From contig OZ251238.1 in assembly GCA_965240325.2 (NCBI GenBank), positions 372,001 through 436,000 of the forward strand: a DNA stretch of 64,000 bases, written 5' to 3'. Within the stretch, counting starts at the first letter, position 1, and each line of letters opens with the position of its first letter. Below, piece after piece: positions 44,077-57,393 of this stretch. Below the pieces are notes generated by a model that worked only from the letters and a program-made list of their open reading frames with translations, made no database searches and was not told the DNA's origin. Source of the stretch: Rebecca billardiae RCC1528. Its lineage: Eukaryota; Protista; Haptophyta. A program made the translations under genes and the position numbers.

Positions 44077-45884
44077 TCAGACTGCTCGCCAGCACCTCGT
44101 GTCGCCCTCCACTGCGCCCACGCGGTAGAGGGCGAGCGCGGATCGCACGGAGGCCGCAGGTCAGCGTTGTAAGGTGCGGAAGCGGAGTTGGCTACGCGCC
44201 GCGCGCAAACGTACTTTGGTCGTGCAGGTAGGCGCGCGACTTGAGGAGCTCGAGCAGAAAGTCCACCAGCTTGGAATCGTACTGCTTGCCCTCTGCGCGC
44301 AGCCAGTGGTACGCCCCGCGCGCGCGCGCGGCGCGTCAGTCGCAACGCGCGAGAGCGCAGCACGCCACACGGCTCCACCAAGCCTGCGCACGCTCAAGGC
44401 GAGCGCGCTCGCGCACCTGGCAGGCTCTCGACGATGTCGGAGGTCGAGAGGGGCGCGCGGAACTCTGCCAGCACCGTGTACACCTCGGCCAGCCGCTGCG
44501 CGCCATCCGAGAGCGGCGCGCGGAAGCTGGGAGGGAAGAGCGCGAGGTCGAGCGCGGGCGGGTGCGCCGCTGCGGGGGCTGGCGGGCTGCGGATGGGCTC
44601 GGCGTCGTCTGCACCGCGCGCTGCCTCGGCGCGTGGCTCCTCGTGCGCGTGGGCTTCGCCGTCCTCGACGCCGTCCGTGTCGAAGCGCAGCAGCAGGTCC
44701 TCGACCGCGCACTCTGCGCCCGCGCCCGCCGGCACCGCGGTACTCGCGCGGCCGGCGGGCTGCACGGTGCGGGGCGGCGACGCGTCGAATGCGGGCGGAA
44801 GCGGGGGCGAGGCGTCGTCCGACCAGCCCGTGGCCGCGCGCCGGCTGCTCTTCTGCAGCCGCGCGGACTTGGGCGAGCACGACAGCCGCGGCGTGGCCGG
44901 CAGCGGGCTTCCGTCGCTGCCGCCCTCGTCTGCGGCGCGGCCGCCGCGGTGGCGGCCCGCGCGCTCGACGGGCGCGTGATGCGGCACGATCGTCGGCATC
45001 CCGGCGCCGCGTGGCCCCGCATGGGCCGAGCGGCTCCTACTCGGCTGCAGCCGGCGAGTCGACTTGGGCGGCGACGCTGTGAACGACGGGGTGGAGAGCG
45101 ACGGCGACGCGCCGTCCTCACCACCACCGCCGCCGCCGCCACGCGCCGCGCCCTTGGTGCGCAGACGGCGCGTCGACTTGGGCGGGGATCCCATGGAGGG
45201 CGTGGGTGCAAGCGCCGAGGCAGTGGGCGAGCCATCCGCCGCCGGCGCTGCCGCCTTGCACTCCTCCGCGGGCATGTCGGTTGCGCCGGCCACCGCATCA
45301 GCCGCTGGGGCGTCATTCGCGCCAGCAGGAGTGCCCTCGACGCGCGCGCCGACCTTGTCGTCGCTTTTCGGCACGTCAGGGTCCGCCTTCGCCACTGGCG
45401 TGGCCCCACAAGGCGTACTGCACGCGTTGAGGATCGGGCTCGTGCCGAGCGGCACGCGCGAGGTGTGCAGGTCGAGTGCCGAGCGCATCGCCGAGCCGGG
45501 CGCTGCATGCGCGGTCGCGCACCGGCCATCAGGCATCGGCGTGCACTCCACTGCCGCGCCACAAGCTGGCGTGGCAGCGCCTTCGGGCTCGTTGAGCGGC
45601 GTGGCAGGCACCGCCGCGGGAGGTGGTGTGCTCCCCGCTTGCTCGTGCGGAGCCGCAGCTGCCCGCGCGCGCGCAGGCATCGGGATTCGGCTGTTCCCGC
45701 CCGTGCGCGGCCGCCGCTTGGCGTGAGCGTGCTCGGCGAGCGCGGAGTGCATGCGGCGGATCCAAGCGACGACGTCGGCACACTCAGACGCGTCAGAAAG
45801 CACTCCGGGTGCCGCTTCCACCGCCGCCATCCACGACCGCACCTCCGTGTTCGGCGCGAGCGCCGCGCCCGGGGTCGCGTCCAT
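44077..45884 (-). CDS. Hypothetical protein, disordered middle and putative C-terminal winged-helix; spliced 3' end
   Basis: ATG 45884; ...LAEVYTVLAEFRAPLSTSDIVESLP|EGKQYDSKLVDFLLELLKSRAYL... joined across GT-AG; the last exon is inferred. Confidence 0.5.
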
Positions 45885-46212
45885 CGTGATGCAGCTGACG
45901 ATTTCAAATGGTGGGCCGTGGGCCCGCCGTTTCGCCGGCTTTTTGGACTTTTGGCGAATTGGCGCATCACTCAAAACACCCGTCACCCAGCTACGCTGCC
46001 GCTCGTCGAATAGGAAGGCGTTGGTCCTCCACGTATAATCATGAGGCTGGTGATGAATATTGCGAGCCAAAATTGGGCGGCTGGTATTCACATCTCGCAC
46101 CCTTGCAGTCCACAGTGAAGATGCATCGCGGGAGTGGTCTTGCTTGCAGCTGGCGGCGTGTAGCATCTGCCCGCGCCCTCCCACCGGGCCTGTGCACGCG
46201 GCTTGAGCCAGC

Positions 46213-48334
46213 ATGCGAGCCACGGGCGCGCAGCAGCTCGCCGACGACCTCGCCGAGCTGGGCGACGAGCTCTCCAGCGGGGCGGCCGTGCGGCTCATCG
46301 CCGATCGCACGTCCCGCGACCTCTCGTACACGCACTGCGGGCCGCTGCTCGTGCAGCACCGGCCCGCAAAGACGGCCGAGGCCGGGCTCGCGGCTCGGCG
46401 ACGCTCGGCGACGCGCGAGCAGCTCGAGGCGTTCCTCTCACCGAGCGCGACCGCCGACGCCGACGCCGAGCCCTTCACCATGCCGCACCCGTACGGCATC
46501 GCCGCGCGCGCGCACTCGCAGCTCGCGCTCACCGCCGCGCCGCAGCTCGTTGTCGTGAGTGGCGTGGCGGGCTCGGGCACGGCGGTTGCGGGCTATCGGG
46601 CGGCCGAGTGGCTCGCCCACGCCACCGGCGGCCCGCGCGAGCTCGCCGGCGCCTGGCGCCACGCGAACGCCGCGTTCGACTCGCTGTGCTGCGCGTCGAC
46701 GCCTCTCGAGTCGGGGTCGCCGCGCGCCGCGCGCGTGACCACCTTCCGATACGCGCCGACGGGCGCGGCCGGGGCGAGCGCCGACGTGCCGCGGCTGCGC
46801 GCGATCGAGCTCGGCGTGGGGCTCCTCGAGCTCGGCCGCGCGCTCGCGCCCGAGCCCGGCGGGCCCGCCATGTTCAACTCGATCCACGAGCTGCTCGTCG
46901 CCGCGCCGGCCAAGCTGCGGCCGGCGCTCGGCCTGGGCGACGGCGCTGTCGCCGCGCAGCTCGCGGCGGCGCTCGGCGCGGGCGCGGTGCGCGGGCCGAC
47001 GGGGACGAGCGCGGCGGCGGGCTTCGAGCGCTTCGCCGCCGCGCTCGACGCCTTCGGCTTCGACGCCGCCGCGCAGCTCGGCGTGTGGCGCGCGCTCGCC
47101 GTCGTCGCCCACCTCACGGCGGTCGAGTTTCGCGCGACGCACGGCGGCGGCGCGACGCGCGCCGAGCTCGACGGCGAGCGCGCGTCGTCGGCGCTGGCGA
47201 GCGCGGCGGGTGCGCTGGGCGTCGATCCCGACCTCCTCGAGCGCGCGCTGCTCACGCGCTCCGCCGTCACCGGCGGCGACGGCGTGCGCATCACCAAGCC
47301 CAAGTCGGTCGCAGACGCTCGCTTCTCCCGAGACGGCCTCGCGCGCGCGCTGTACGGCGCGCTCGTCGAGCTCGTGCTGCACAGGGCGGCGCCCGCGGCG
47401 CTGCGCGAGGCGGGCGGCGCGGTGCCCGACCAGCCGGGCACCGTGCGCATCCTCGAGCCCGCCCCGTTCGAGGACTTCGCCGGCGGCAGCGGCGGCGGCA
47501 GCAACGGGCTCTGGCAGCTGCTCTCCAACTGGGTGAGCGACAAGGTGCACGCGCACGCGCTCGAGGCGTGCGTGGGCGCGCACGCGGAGCTGGCGCACGC
47601 GGAGCTGGGCGGCGGGCCGACGCCGAGCGAGCTCGCGCTGCCCGACGCGCGCCTCGCCGCGCTCTTTGAGCCGCCCGCCGCGGCGCCGGGCGGCGGCGGC
47701 GCGGCCGCTGCCGCCGCGGGCGGCCGCGGCGGCGCGGCGGTGGGCGTAGGTGCGCCCGCGACGCCGACGATCTTCGAGCTGCTCGCGCAGGAGGTGCTCG
47801 TGCCCGGCGCGGGCGGGAGCGACGACGCGCGCTTCGGCGCGCGCGTCGTCTCCGCGCACGGCGCCGACTCGCACGACGGGCGCCGCGCGCTCGTGCGGCC
47901 CCTCGGCGGCGCGCACGGCTCTGGGCGCGTCGAGTCTTTCGTGATCGCCCACCACAGGGGAGACGTGTCGTACAGTGCGCGCGGGATGAGCGGCGCGAAC
48001 GTGCGCGGCGCGGCGTGCGCGGACGCGCTCGCGCTCGTGCGCATGTCCTCCGAGCCGCTCCTCGCGCGGCTCGGCGGGCTGCTCAGCACGCTGCCGCCGC
48101 ACCGCCAGGCGCTGAGCGGAGGGGTGCCCGGCAGCGCCGCGCAGATCTCCCCGTCCTCCTTCCGGGGCCTGGTCGAGCTGTTCGGCGCGGAGGCGCGGCA
48201 GCTGGTGGATGGCGCGCTGCGCACGGGCGCGAAGGGCTCGAGCGGCGCCGTCGTCGACCGCAGCGAGCGCACGCACGCCATCCTGTGCCTGCGCACCTTC
48301 GAGCCACGGCCTGGCGGCGGCGGCGGCGGCTCGG

Positions 48335-48408
<74 letters not shown>

Positions 48409-49948
48409 ACGGAGCGCGCCGGTGGCGCCAAGGCGGCAGCAGACGAGGGCGCGCTGCTGCGGGCGCTGCCCGGCTCGGGCGTGCTCCCCGCGCTGCAGCT
48501 GTACGCGCGCCGCCGGCACCACGCCTCCGTGCCGCTCTCGCGCCTCGCGCAGCGCTTCGCCTTCGGCGACCCGCGCGGGCACTCGCCTGGCGCCGCCAGC
48601 CGGCGCGAGCGGCGCTCCGCGGAGGATGAGGAGGCGGAGGTGCGGGCGCGGGCGCTGGCGCGCGTGCCGCCGACGGAGATGCACATGGGCGACTCGCGCG
48701 TGTTCCTCTCGCGCGTCGCGCTGCTCGCGATCGAGAAGGCGTACGCGCGCGGCGCGGCCGTCGAGCGCGCGGCGCGCGGCGCACCCGCAGACGGTGGCGC
48801 GCGCACGGTGCACGGCGTTGATGCGGCGCCCGCCGCCGCGGAGGATGCGCCGCGCCCGCCGCCGCCGCCGCCCGTGCAGCTGCCGCCCACGCCCGGCGCG
48901 CCGCAGAATGCCGGCGGCGGGGTCTCGGGCTGGCTGCGAGGGCTGGTGACGCCGCGCGCCGGCGCGCCGCCGCCGCCGCCCCCGCCCGCCGCCACGGCTG
49001 CGGACGCGGGCGGCGCGGGTGCGGACGCGGCCGGCGCCGCCGCCGGCGCGCAGCCCACGACCTTGGCGCCCGCCGTCGACCGGCTTCTGCCCAGCGCCGA
49101 GGCGATGGCCGCCGAGCGCGCCGCGCGCGAGCGGCAGGCCACCTTCCGCGCGGTGCGCTACCGCCAGGCCGAGCTCGCCGCGCACGGCGGCCGGCCGAAC
49201 TCGCAGCGCTCCGAAGGCGGCAGCTCGGGCGACTGCTCGGGCAGTGTGCCCGTGGGCGGCGCGGCCGCGCCCATCTCCCCCAACCGCTCGGTGAGCAGGC
49301 TGCGCTGCCCCGCGGGCGACGTGCGCTCGTTCGCCGAGGTGATGCACATCGACCTGCGCCGGCACGGCCACCTGCTCTGGGTCGCCGACGAGGCGCTCTG
49401 CTCCGCCGAGCCGAGCGCGTGGGAGTGCCTGGCAGACCCTGAGGGCCTGCTCTACTACACGGCGCTGGGCGCGCGCACGCTCAGCTGGCACCACCCGTCA
49501 GACGGCTACTTCCTCTCGCTGTACAAGCAGCTGCTCGCGGCGGAGGCGGGCGCGGGGCCGACGCGCGCAGCCGCGGCGGGCCTCTCGCCCGTCAAGCCGC
49601 TCGACTTCAGCGCGGCGTCCAAGCAGGGCAGCGCGGCCGCCGGCCTCAGCGTGCGCCGCGGCTCGGCCCAGAGCGTCGCCGCGGACGCGGCCGAGGACGG
49701 CGCGACGCCGCGCGGCGGCTGGCTGCGCCGGCTGCCCTCGGCGCGCGGGCTGCGCACGGGCGCGAGCTCGCGCTCGGTGGCCGAGCCCGCGCTCGAAGGC
49801 CTGGTGCCCTCGATGTTCAACGTGACGCTCACGCGCGAGGGGAAGGGCGGCAGCCTCGGTGCGTGTCGCGCGCGCGGCGCCGCGGCGCGCTCGCGGGCGG
49901 CGCGGTTGCGAGTGCGCGCCCGCGACGAGTCGTGGCGGCAGCGACGCG

Positions 49949-49979
<31 letters not shown>

Positions 49980-51953
49980 TGCGTGCGACCGTCGTGCAGC
50001 TGAGCCGCGCCCTGCGCTCCTCCCCGCCTCCCTCTCGCTCGCCGCGCGCTGCAGGCCTTGTGCTCGACGAGCGCAACCGCGTGACCGAGCTCGTGCAGGG
50101 CATGCCCGCCGCGCTCTCGGCCAAGCTGCGCGTCAAGGACCGGGTGATCGCGGTGGACGGGATCGAGCTGGGCAGCCGCCACCTGCAGGTGCGAGCGGGC
50201 GCGCGCGGACCCGCCTCGGCGGCACGGCCGCCGACCCCGCGCGCTCTCAGCCGCACGGCACGGCCTGCCGGCCACAGCCGCGCATCGCGCGCCAGTGCTG
50301 AGCGCTGCTCGAGCGCTCACGGCTCAGCCCCGCCCCCTCCCCTCCGCCCCGGGCCGGCCGGCTGGCTCTCTCGCCCCTCCCCTCCCTCCTCGTGCTCAGG
50401 ATATGATCCAGCCCGCGTCCTCGCACACCTTCACCGTCGAGCGGATGGTGCCGCCCGCCGAGCAGCCGGGCGGCGCGGCGGAGGGCGCGGCCGAGCAGGG
50501 TGCAGGTGCAGCGCCAAGCACGCCCGCCAAGGGCACCACGCCCGCCGCCGAGGGCAGCGCGGGCGGCGGTCTGCGGAAGCGGCTGTCGTTTGGGCGGCGC
50601 AAGGGCTCCACGTCCTCCGCGGCCAACGGCGCCGGCTCGCATCCCGCGCCGAGCACGCCCGGCGGCGGCGGCAGCGCGGCCGGCGCGGCAGACGCCACCG
50701 CCGCCGGCGCGAGCCGCGCCGCCGCGCAGCCCCAGACGCTCACGGTGCCCGTGCGGCGCGGCACGGCCGGCTTTGGCGTCGTCTTCGCCGAGGATGGCTC
50801 CAACAGCGTGCTGCAGCTGGTGCCGGGCTCGCTGGCGGAGGAGGCGTTCGAGCGGGCGTCGAGCAACCCCGCCTCGGCGCCGCCCGCGCTGCAGGTGGGC
50901 GACGTCGTCCTGGCGGTCGAGGGCGTGCACGTCGGCCGCTCGGCGGATGGCGAGGGGCTGGCCGACATTCTGAAGCAGGTGCGGAGCGCCAGAGCGGCGC
51001 GCGCGCCGAGCGCGCCGAGCGCGGGCCGCGCCGCCGAGCGGGGCCCCTCGCGGCTGCTGGGAGCGGCAGAGCTCTGCCCTGGCGCGCCCGCACCGCGCCT
51101 CGCCGCGCACGGCTCATCACGCGTGCACGCCCCCGTGCACGCCCCCGTGCCGCGCGCCCGCGCGCCCGCGCCCGCCGCGCCTCGCCGCGCGCGCAGCTCA
51201 CCGCCGAGAACGTGCTCTTTACTGTCTCGCGCCGAGCCGAGGGGCAGTCGACCGACGCAGCGGCCACGCCCACGGGCGCGGCGGCCAGCTCGCCCGCGCA
51301 GCCGGCGGGCGGCGCGGGCAGCGGCGTGCGGCGCACCTTCTCATTCGGGCGCAAGGGCAAGCCGCCGCCCTCGCCCTCGCCGCCCGAGGCCGCCGCCTCC
51401 TCCGCGCGCGAGCACGACCGCACGATGCGCTCGCTGACGATCCGCAAGCCGTCCGCGGACGTGAGGCTGGGCGTGCGCTTCTTTCAGGACGACGCGGAGT
51501 ACGACTCCTTCTACTGGACGGGCGCGGCGGCGGCGGGCGCGGCCGGCCGAGCGGGCGACGGGCAGAGGCGCGTGCAGCCGATCGTGTGCGCGCTGCATGA
51601 GAACGGAGCCGCGCGCGCCGCCGGGCTCGAGCTCGATGACATGGTGCGCGTGCCGCGCTGCGCGCCGGGCCGCGCGGGGTGCACGCGCGTGCACGCGGCC
51701 GCGCCGCCGCCCGCGCTGACGCGTGCATGCGGCGTGTCCCGCCTGCCCGCGCGTGCCGCAGGTGCTCTCCATCAACGGGCAGTCGGGGCTGAGCAACACA
51801 GAGGTTGCCAGCCTGCTGCGCGAGCTCACGGGCGACATCGCCATCGTGGTCCGCAGGGCGACCAAGACGCGCTCGGGAGGCGGCGGCGGCCCGTCCTCGG
51901 CGCCGGTGTCGCTTCGCGCAACGACGCTCGCGACGCCGCGCTCAGTTATCTGA
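46213..51953 (+). CDS. Divergent myosin-motor-like protein with WW domain and three PDZ-like domains; introns 49859-50054, 50189-50399, 50979-51196, 51644-51761
   Basis: Myosin landmarks in order (PHPYGIA, SGVAGSG, RDGLARALY, ILEPAPFEDF, NGLWQLLSN, FVIAHHRGDVSY, MGDSRVFL); WW-like segment W...YY....SWHHP; GSLGL, GFGV and RLGV PDZ loops. Confidence 0.8.
48313..48408 (+). repeat. (GGC)n microsatellite encoding poly-Gly
   Basis: About 30 GGC codons, interrupted once, in frame in the myosin-like gene. Confidence 0.9.
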
Positions 51954-53067
51954 CGCGCGTCGTCACGTCGGATCTGGCGGAATGAATGGCTGTCGTCGTC
52001 TGATGCGCGCGCACTGGGCGCAGCAGATCGACATCAATATGATGACGGCGATATCATCGATGCCGGCGTATTGGCATTCACATCATCAGTGATCAGTGAC
52101 TGCAGCCGTCTGGGCTATACTTAATAGTATATATATATATATGTATATATATTATATAGCAGTAGGCCAGTAGGGCAGTAGGCTACCCGGGCCGCGCGCT
52201 TCACGTCGTGTGCGCTCGGGAAGTTGAATGAACCCGCGCCTGTATAGTAGTCCCGGCGAGTCGTACCGCCCGTGAGGCGTGATTCCACCGTGGGCGTGAT
52301 GACCCGGCGGGACGCCGGCGGCCAGGCCCGGGGACGATGCCGATGGCGCGGCATCCGCGGGGGGTTCGTCCGCCGGCGCGGATCCGATCCGCTGGCAGCC
52401 TCACGACTACAGCAGCAGCGCGCTGATGTGACTGACTGTGTCACCTGCCGCCTGATAATATATGTACCAGTTGCTGAATGATCGCCTGATGCGGATGCCG
52501 GGCACAGTGCGCGCTGTGCGCGGCCCCGCGGCCGCGGCGGCCGCCGGACCCGCGGACCGGCGTGCGGGCGCGGGGCCCGCGCGTGGCGCCGCGCAGTCGA
52601 TGCAGACTCGTCGTCGTCTTTGAATATATATATATATATAGCAGCTTGATTATGACGAACGGAATCGGATCGGGCGCGGCGGGCCGCCGCCGATATCGGA
52701 CGTCGTCATATATATCGTCACCGCGTCATCAGCATGAGCATCGTCGCATCATATATATTGCGTCACGACATCGTCATCAGTCAAAATCATCAAAATTCAT
52801 CGCATCACTCATCAGTCACGCCACTACTAGCTCGCGGAACGGTCATCATCGTGACTTCGTGTTCAGTTTACAGTTATATCAGTAGGACTTCATCGCCTTA
52901 GTAGACTACAGCCGGCATCGTCATTCAGTTCCCAGGACCGGCGCGTCATCATCATATCTATATCGGCATCGTCGAGTCGTCGTAGTCGTCATCATTGATC
53001 ACTACAGCGCAGTAGTCGTGACGATCAAGCATCGTCGTCACGACTCTGCTTGGCATCATCAGACGCA

Positions 53068-54888
53068 TCAGTCCGCCTTGGCGGAGTTTGCCGGGCCCTC
53101 TGCCATCCGCGTGGCCTTGCTGTCCGCCGTGTCGCGCACCGCGCGCCGCGCGACACGGCGGGCGTCAAGGACGCGCTCGGCAGCCGCGCTGACACCGAGG
53201 CCGCGCGCGAGCGCCTTGGCGCCACCGCCCACGCCGCGTCCGAGCGCGCTCGCTGCCCCTGCCACGCCACCGGCCACCTCGCGCGCTCCCTCGCCCACGC
53301 CCTCGGCGAGTGCCTTGTTGGCGGCGCGCAGCTCGTCGCCGTCGCGGTGCGCGACTGCTCGTGCGCCCGCGCTCAGGCCGCCGACCACACCGCCCGTGAG
53401 CGCGGCGGTGCCCCGCACGGCGCCGCCGACAGTCGCACTGACGGCCTCGGTCGCGCCGCCGACGAGCGCGCCTGTCGCGCCGGTGACGCCTGCCACCACC
53501 TGCACGCCGGGCGCGCCCACCCGCGCGGCCGCCGAGTCCACCGCCCTGAGCGCACAGCCGACCGCGTTGCGCGAGCCAGCCGCGAGCGCGTCGACACCGG
53601 AGCTCACGCCGGAGCCCACCGCCGCCGTCGACTGGTGCACGGCCGCGAGCATCTCGAACGGGCTGGCTGTCGTCGCGCCGGCAGCGAGCGCGCCCACGCC
53701 ATCCAGCGTGCCGCCGACGAGCGCGCCCGCGCCCGCGTGCACGCCCGTCGCCGCGCTGCGCGCGGCGCCGGTCGCGCCGCCGAGCAGCCCGGCGGCGGTC
53801 TCGCCAACGAGGGGCGCCTGCGCGAGGGCGGCCGCCGCGCCGTCGATCGCGCCGAGCGACTGCATCACCAGCGCCTCGGCCGCGGCCGCGCCCATGTCGT
53901 ACGTGCCGCGCAGCGCGCTGACAGACGACTTGGCGAGCGTGCGCAGCACCAGCCCCTGCAGCCACAGCAGCAGCCCGGCGCTCACGCCGCGCCCGAGCCG
54001 CGCCACGTCGATCTGCTCGCGCTCGATCAGGATGGGCGGCAGCACGGCGCGCGCGCCCTCGGGCGTGTCCGACGTGTTCAGCACCACGTGCACCGAGCAG
54101 TCGAGCAGCGTGAGGGAGGCAACCTGCAGCGGCCCTTGCTGCAGCTGCGCTGCGCCCGCCGTTGCCTGCTTGCCCTGCCCGCTGCCTGCCCGCTTGGGTG
54201 GCTTGGGCGGCTTGCCCTGCTCCAGCGACTTCTGCAGCAGGCTCACGTTACTCACCTTGAAGCGCGCGTCGTACGCAACGTAGCGCACCCTGAGGCCGCT
54301 CACGGTCACGTGCGCCGCGAGCCGGCGCGCCCCCACCCGCTCGAGCCGCACGCTCACCGCGCGCGCCGTGAGCAGCTGCTCGCGCATGCCGCCCGGCGCG
54401 GGCAGCAGCGCGGAGGCGGGAAGCGGCGGCGCGCCCGCGCTCTCCGGCGTGGCCGCGGCCGCGAGGGCCGGCGGCGCGCCCTTGCCGCCGGGGAACGCCG
54501 TGAAGAGTGCAAGCTCAGCAATGTGCGCCGTGAGAGCGTCAAACGGGGCGTCCAGTGCGCGCGCGCGCGAGAGCAGGCGCGCCGCCCAGCCAAACGAGAG
54601 CGTCAGGCCGCTGAGCGCGAGGTCGAGCTTGGCAGCCTTTCGAGCGGCGATGGGGATGAGCTCGATGCGATGCCTCCACGCCAGAGCGAGTGCCACTGCC
54701 GCCACCGCGGCGAGCACGGTCGCAAGTCGCAGCGCGCGCATGGCGCACAGGCAGAGCGACCACGCCGCCAGCGACGCGCCGTCCGGGTGCTCCTCGGTCG
54801 GCTGGTCGCTTCGCCGGGCGAGGGCGTACGACGCGCCGCACAGCAGGAGGGCCACCGCCAACGACGGGGGAGCTGCGGCTCGAGGCAT
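53068..54888 (-). CDS. Hypothetical membrane-anchored protein with long Gly/Ala/Val-rich amphipathic C-terminus
   Basis: 606-aa ORF with coding-like bias; hydrophobic N-terminal segments; GxxxG-rich tail. Confidence 0.6.
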   Translation of the reverse strand: MPRAAAPPSLAVALLLCGASYALARRSDQPTEEHPDGASLAAWSLCLCAMRALRLATVLAAVAAVALALAWRHRIELIPIAARKAAKLDLALSGLTLSFGWAARLLSRARALDAPFDALTAHIAELALFTAFPGGKGAPPALAAAATPESAGAPPLPASALLPAPGGMREQLLTARAVSVRLERVGARRLAAHVTVSGLRVRYVAYDARFKVSNVSLLQKSLEQGKPPKPPKRAGSGQGKQATAGAAQLQQGPLQVASLTLLDCSVHVVLNTSDTPEGARAVLPPILIEREQIDVARLGRGVSAGLLLWLQGLVLRTLAKSSVSALRGTYDMGAAAAEALVMQSLGAIDGAAAALAQAPLVGETAAGLLGGATGAARSAATGVHAGAGALVGGTLDGVGALAAGATTASPFEMLAAVHQSTAAVGSGVSSGVDALAAGSRNAVGCALRAVDSAAARVGAPGVQVVAGVTGATGALVGGATEAVSATVGGAVRGTAALTGGVVGGLSAGARAVAHRDGDELRAANKALAEGVGEGAREVAGGVAGAASALGRGVGGGAKALARGLGVSAAAERVLDARRVARRAVRDTADSKATRMAEGPANSAKAD

Positions 54889-55255
54889 CGTCGCCGTGAA
54901 TTGGATCGGTCCGAGGTCCCCACAGTGCCCGACGTCCTCATAGAATCAGCGCACAGAACCTACAGTTTATTTGTTTTAACGTGCGTAAGGCTCACGGTGG
55001 CAGGTTGCCGCGCCATCCTACAATCGGCGACGTACGGTACGCAAAGTACATGCAGTTTACAGGAAGAAATACTGTACTGTGCGTCTCTTATTCTTAGTAA
55101 ACTGTACTCGTGCCTGTGTCTTTAAACATCTCGCAGGCGAGATTTTCTCAGTCACGGTTGGCGACCCTGACCACCAGGCACCAGGGAACGGAGAGGGAGA
55201 CGGCGTGTCGGCTGTCGGGCAGGGGTAGAGCGTCATCGTGTGGCCCTGTCTACTA

Positions 55256-56928
55256 CTAGCCGCCGCCACCACCGCCACATCCTCCTCCACCACAGCCTCC
55301 TCCACCACAGCCACCACCTCCACCGCCGTCGCCGCCGCCGTCGCCACCGTCGTAGCCACCGCCGTCACCTCTGCCGCCGCCGCCTTCGTTCCAGCCGCTG
55401 CCATAGCATGCGCCACCATAGGCGCCAGTCGCGCAGCCGCCGCCGGAGCAGCCAGCTCCCGCGCACCCTGCGCCATGCGCGCACGCGGCACCGCAGGCAG
55501 CAGCCGCGCCCGGACTGCTCCGGTAGTAGTTGTTGCTACGCGGGCGGGTGGAGGCGCGGCTGTCGCCTACAGCGGTTTCGCGCGCTGCATCGCTGCCGCC
55601 GGATGCGCCTACGTTGTCAAACGTGGGCTTCGGGTAGAGCGTATATGCGAACGAGACTCCACCGAACACGCCAAACGCCGTGAGCGCGACGAGGAGAAAT
55701 GTCGCTAACAGGGTGCGGTCTCCTGGCTCACCATGAACGAGCGCCAGGACGGTCACGAAGTACAGCCCTCCCGCGGCCATGCACAGCAGCACGCACACCA
55801 TGATGACTTGGTTGCGCCGTCCGGAGCGCTGGATCGTCAGCTCCACGCCCTTGCGCGCATCGACGGGCGCGACAAAGAGCGTCTCGCCATTGGCGGTCGG
55901 CGCGCCCTCCGGGAGGATGAAGGAGGCCTGGGGACTCGGCAAGAAGAACGTCCAGCCCACTGCACAGCGCAGTGGGTGGGCGCGTGCACACGCCGCGCAT
56001 GCGTGAGCCACGCCGCATCCCACCATCTGTGGTGGCGCTCGCGAAGCGCGCGACCAGACGTGCGCCGGCAGGGCACGTGCGCTCGCGCGCGCTCGGCGCT
56101 CGGCGACGCACCGCGCGTGAACGGCGTCGTGTCGTAGCTGAACATGACGCGGTTGCCAGGTTGCGCGCCCGCCGGCGCCTTGACGATGAAATAGGCCACG
56201 TGCGGCTGCGCGGGCCGGCCGAACGGCGGAGGCGTCTCCATGGCGACGCCCTCCGCGCGGACGATCTCAGGCATGGCGACCCCGGGTGCGCGCACGACGG
56301 GCGGCGCGTACCAGGCGAGGCCGAGACCAGTTTGGACGGTGATAGCTGTGCCCTCTAAGGCTTCCGGGGCCGCTGCCGGCGCATCCGCCGCACCAGTCGG
56401 CTGTGCGCTTGGCTGGATGATGATGCCAGTCAGCATGCGCATGAGCGAAAACGGCTCGCCTCGTTGCGCGCCGCTCGCCTGCGCGGGTTGCTGGCTGCTG
56501 CCTGGCACGGTGCGCGTGAGCTGAAACGCCCCGCCTCGTTGCGGCGCGCCCGCAGGCACTCCGGTCGTCGCGAACGTCTCTGGGTAGGGCGGGGGAGGAT
56601 CAGCATTGACCGTCTCGGTTGGACGGGCAGGTTGATCGGCTGGCGGCACCTTCGGCTGCACCGGACGCTTCAAATACACTCTGCCGCACCCCATGAGCAG
56701 CGTGTAGAGAATGAGCGTCGCAACGATCGCCGAGATAGCCCCGAAGGTCTGGAAATGTGCGCCCGGCGCGAACGCATTGGGCGGAGGAGTGGGAGGAGGG
56801 GCAGGAGGCGCCGCCGGAGGAGAGAATGGAATGGGCGGCGGACGAGGTCGAGGAGGCGGTACCGCGAGGTGATTCGCGCCCACGCCGATGGCAAGGCAGA
56901 ATAGCGCGCCAAGCCGCAGCGGATTCAT
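55256..56928 (-). CDS. Hypothetical membrane protein (signal peptide, Pro-rich, TM helices, GGGC tail); intron 55960-56111
   Basis: MNPLRLGALFCLAIGVGA; phase-compatible GT-AG joins two ORFs; tail GGDGGGGGGCGGGGCGGG. Confidence 0.65.
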
Positions 56929-57393
56929 GGGTGAGCGCACGCCGGTGGTTGAGCACAAGCGGTCGCGCTCCCGGCGGACGATGGGTGGCGCGGGCGGACG
57001 CTTCGGTTGAAGCCTTGGTGACCTCGCTGTCGATGGTCTGCTCGACGACTCGAGGTGATGAATCTCGACGCGACGAAAATGGATATAAGATGATGCACGA
57101 CCCGGACCGGGGACCACGCGAATCTCCCATCGTTGATTGGTCGTTACGCGCGTCCGTTGAATCTATGATAGGATAGTATCATTGTACAGTAGTAGTATGG
57201 GGGTATGATAGAAGTGCAATGGAGTGGGTAAAGTATTGTAAGGTACTTAGATAAGTACTACGACGGTACCTAATACCAAGGTGGTACTGTACCATAAGGT
57301 AAAGCTGATTCGAGATATGATAATCGAGAAGTGCATTACCCCCATAGTCGAAAAGTAGACCGCCGCCATTCACCAGGAGAGTGATTGATCGCC

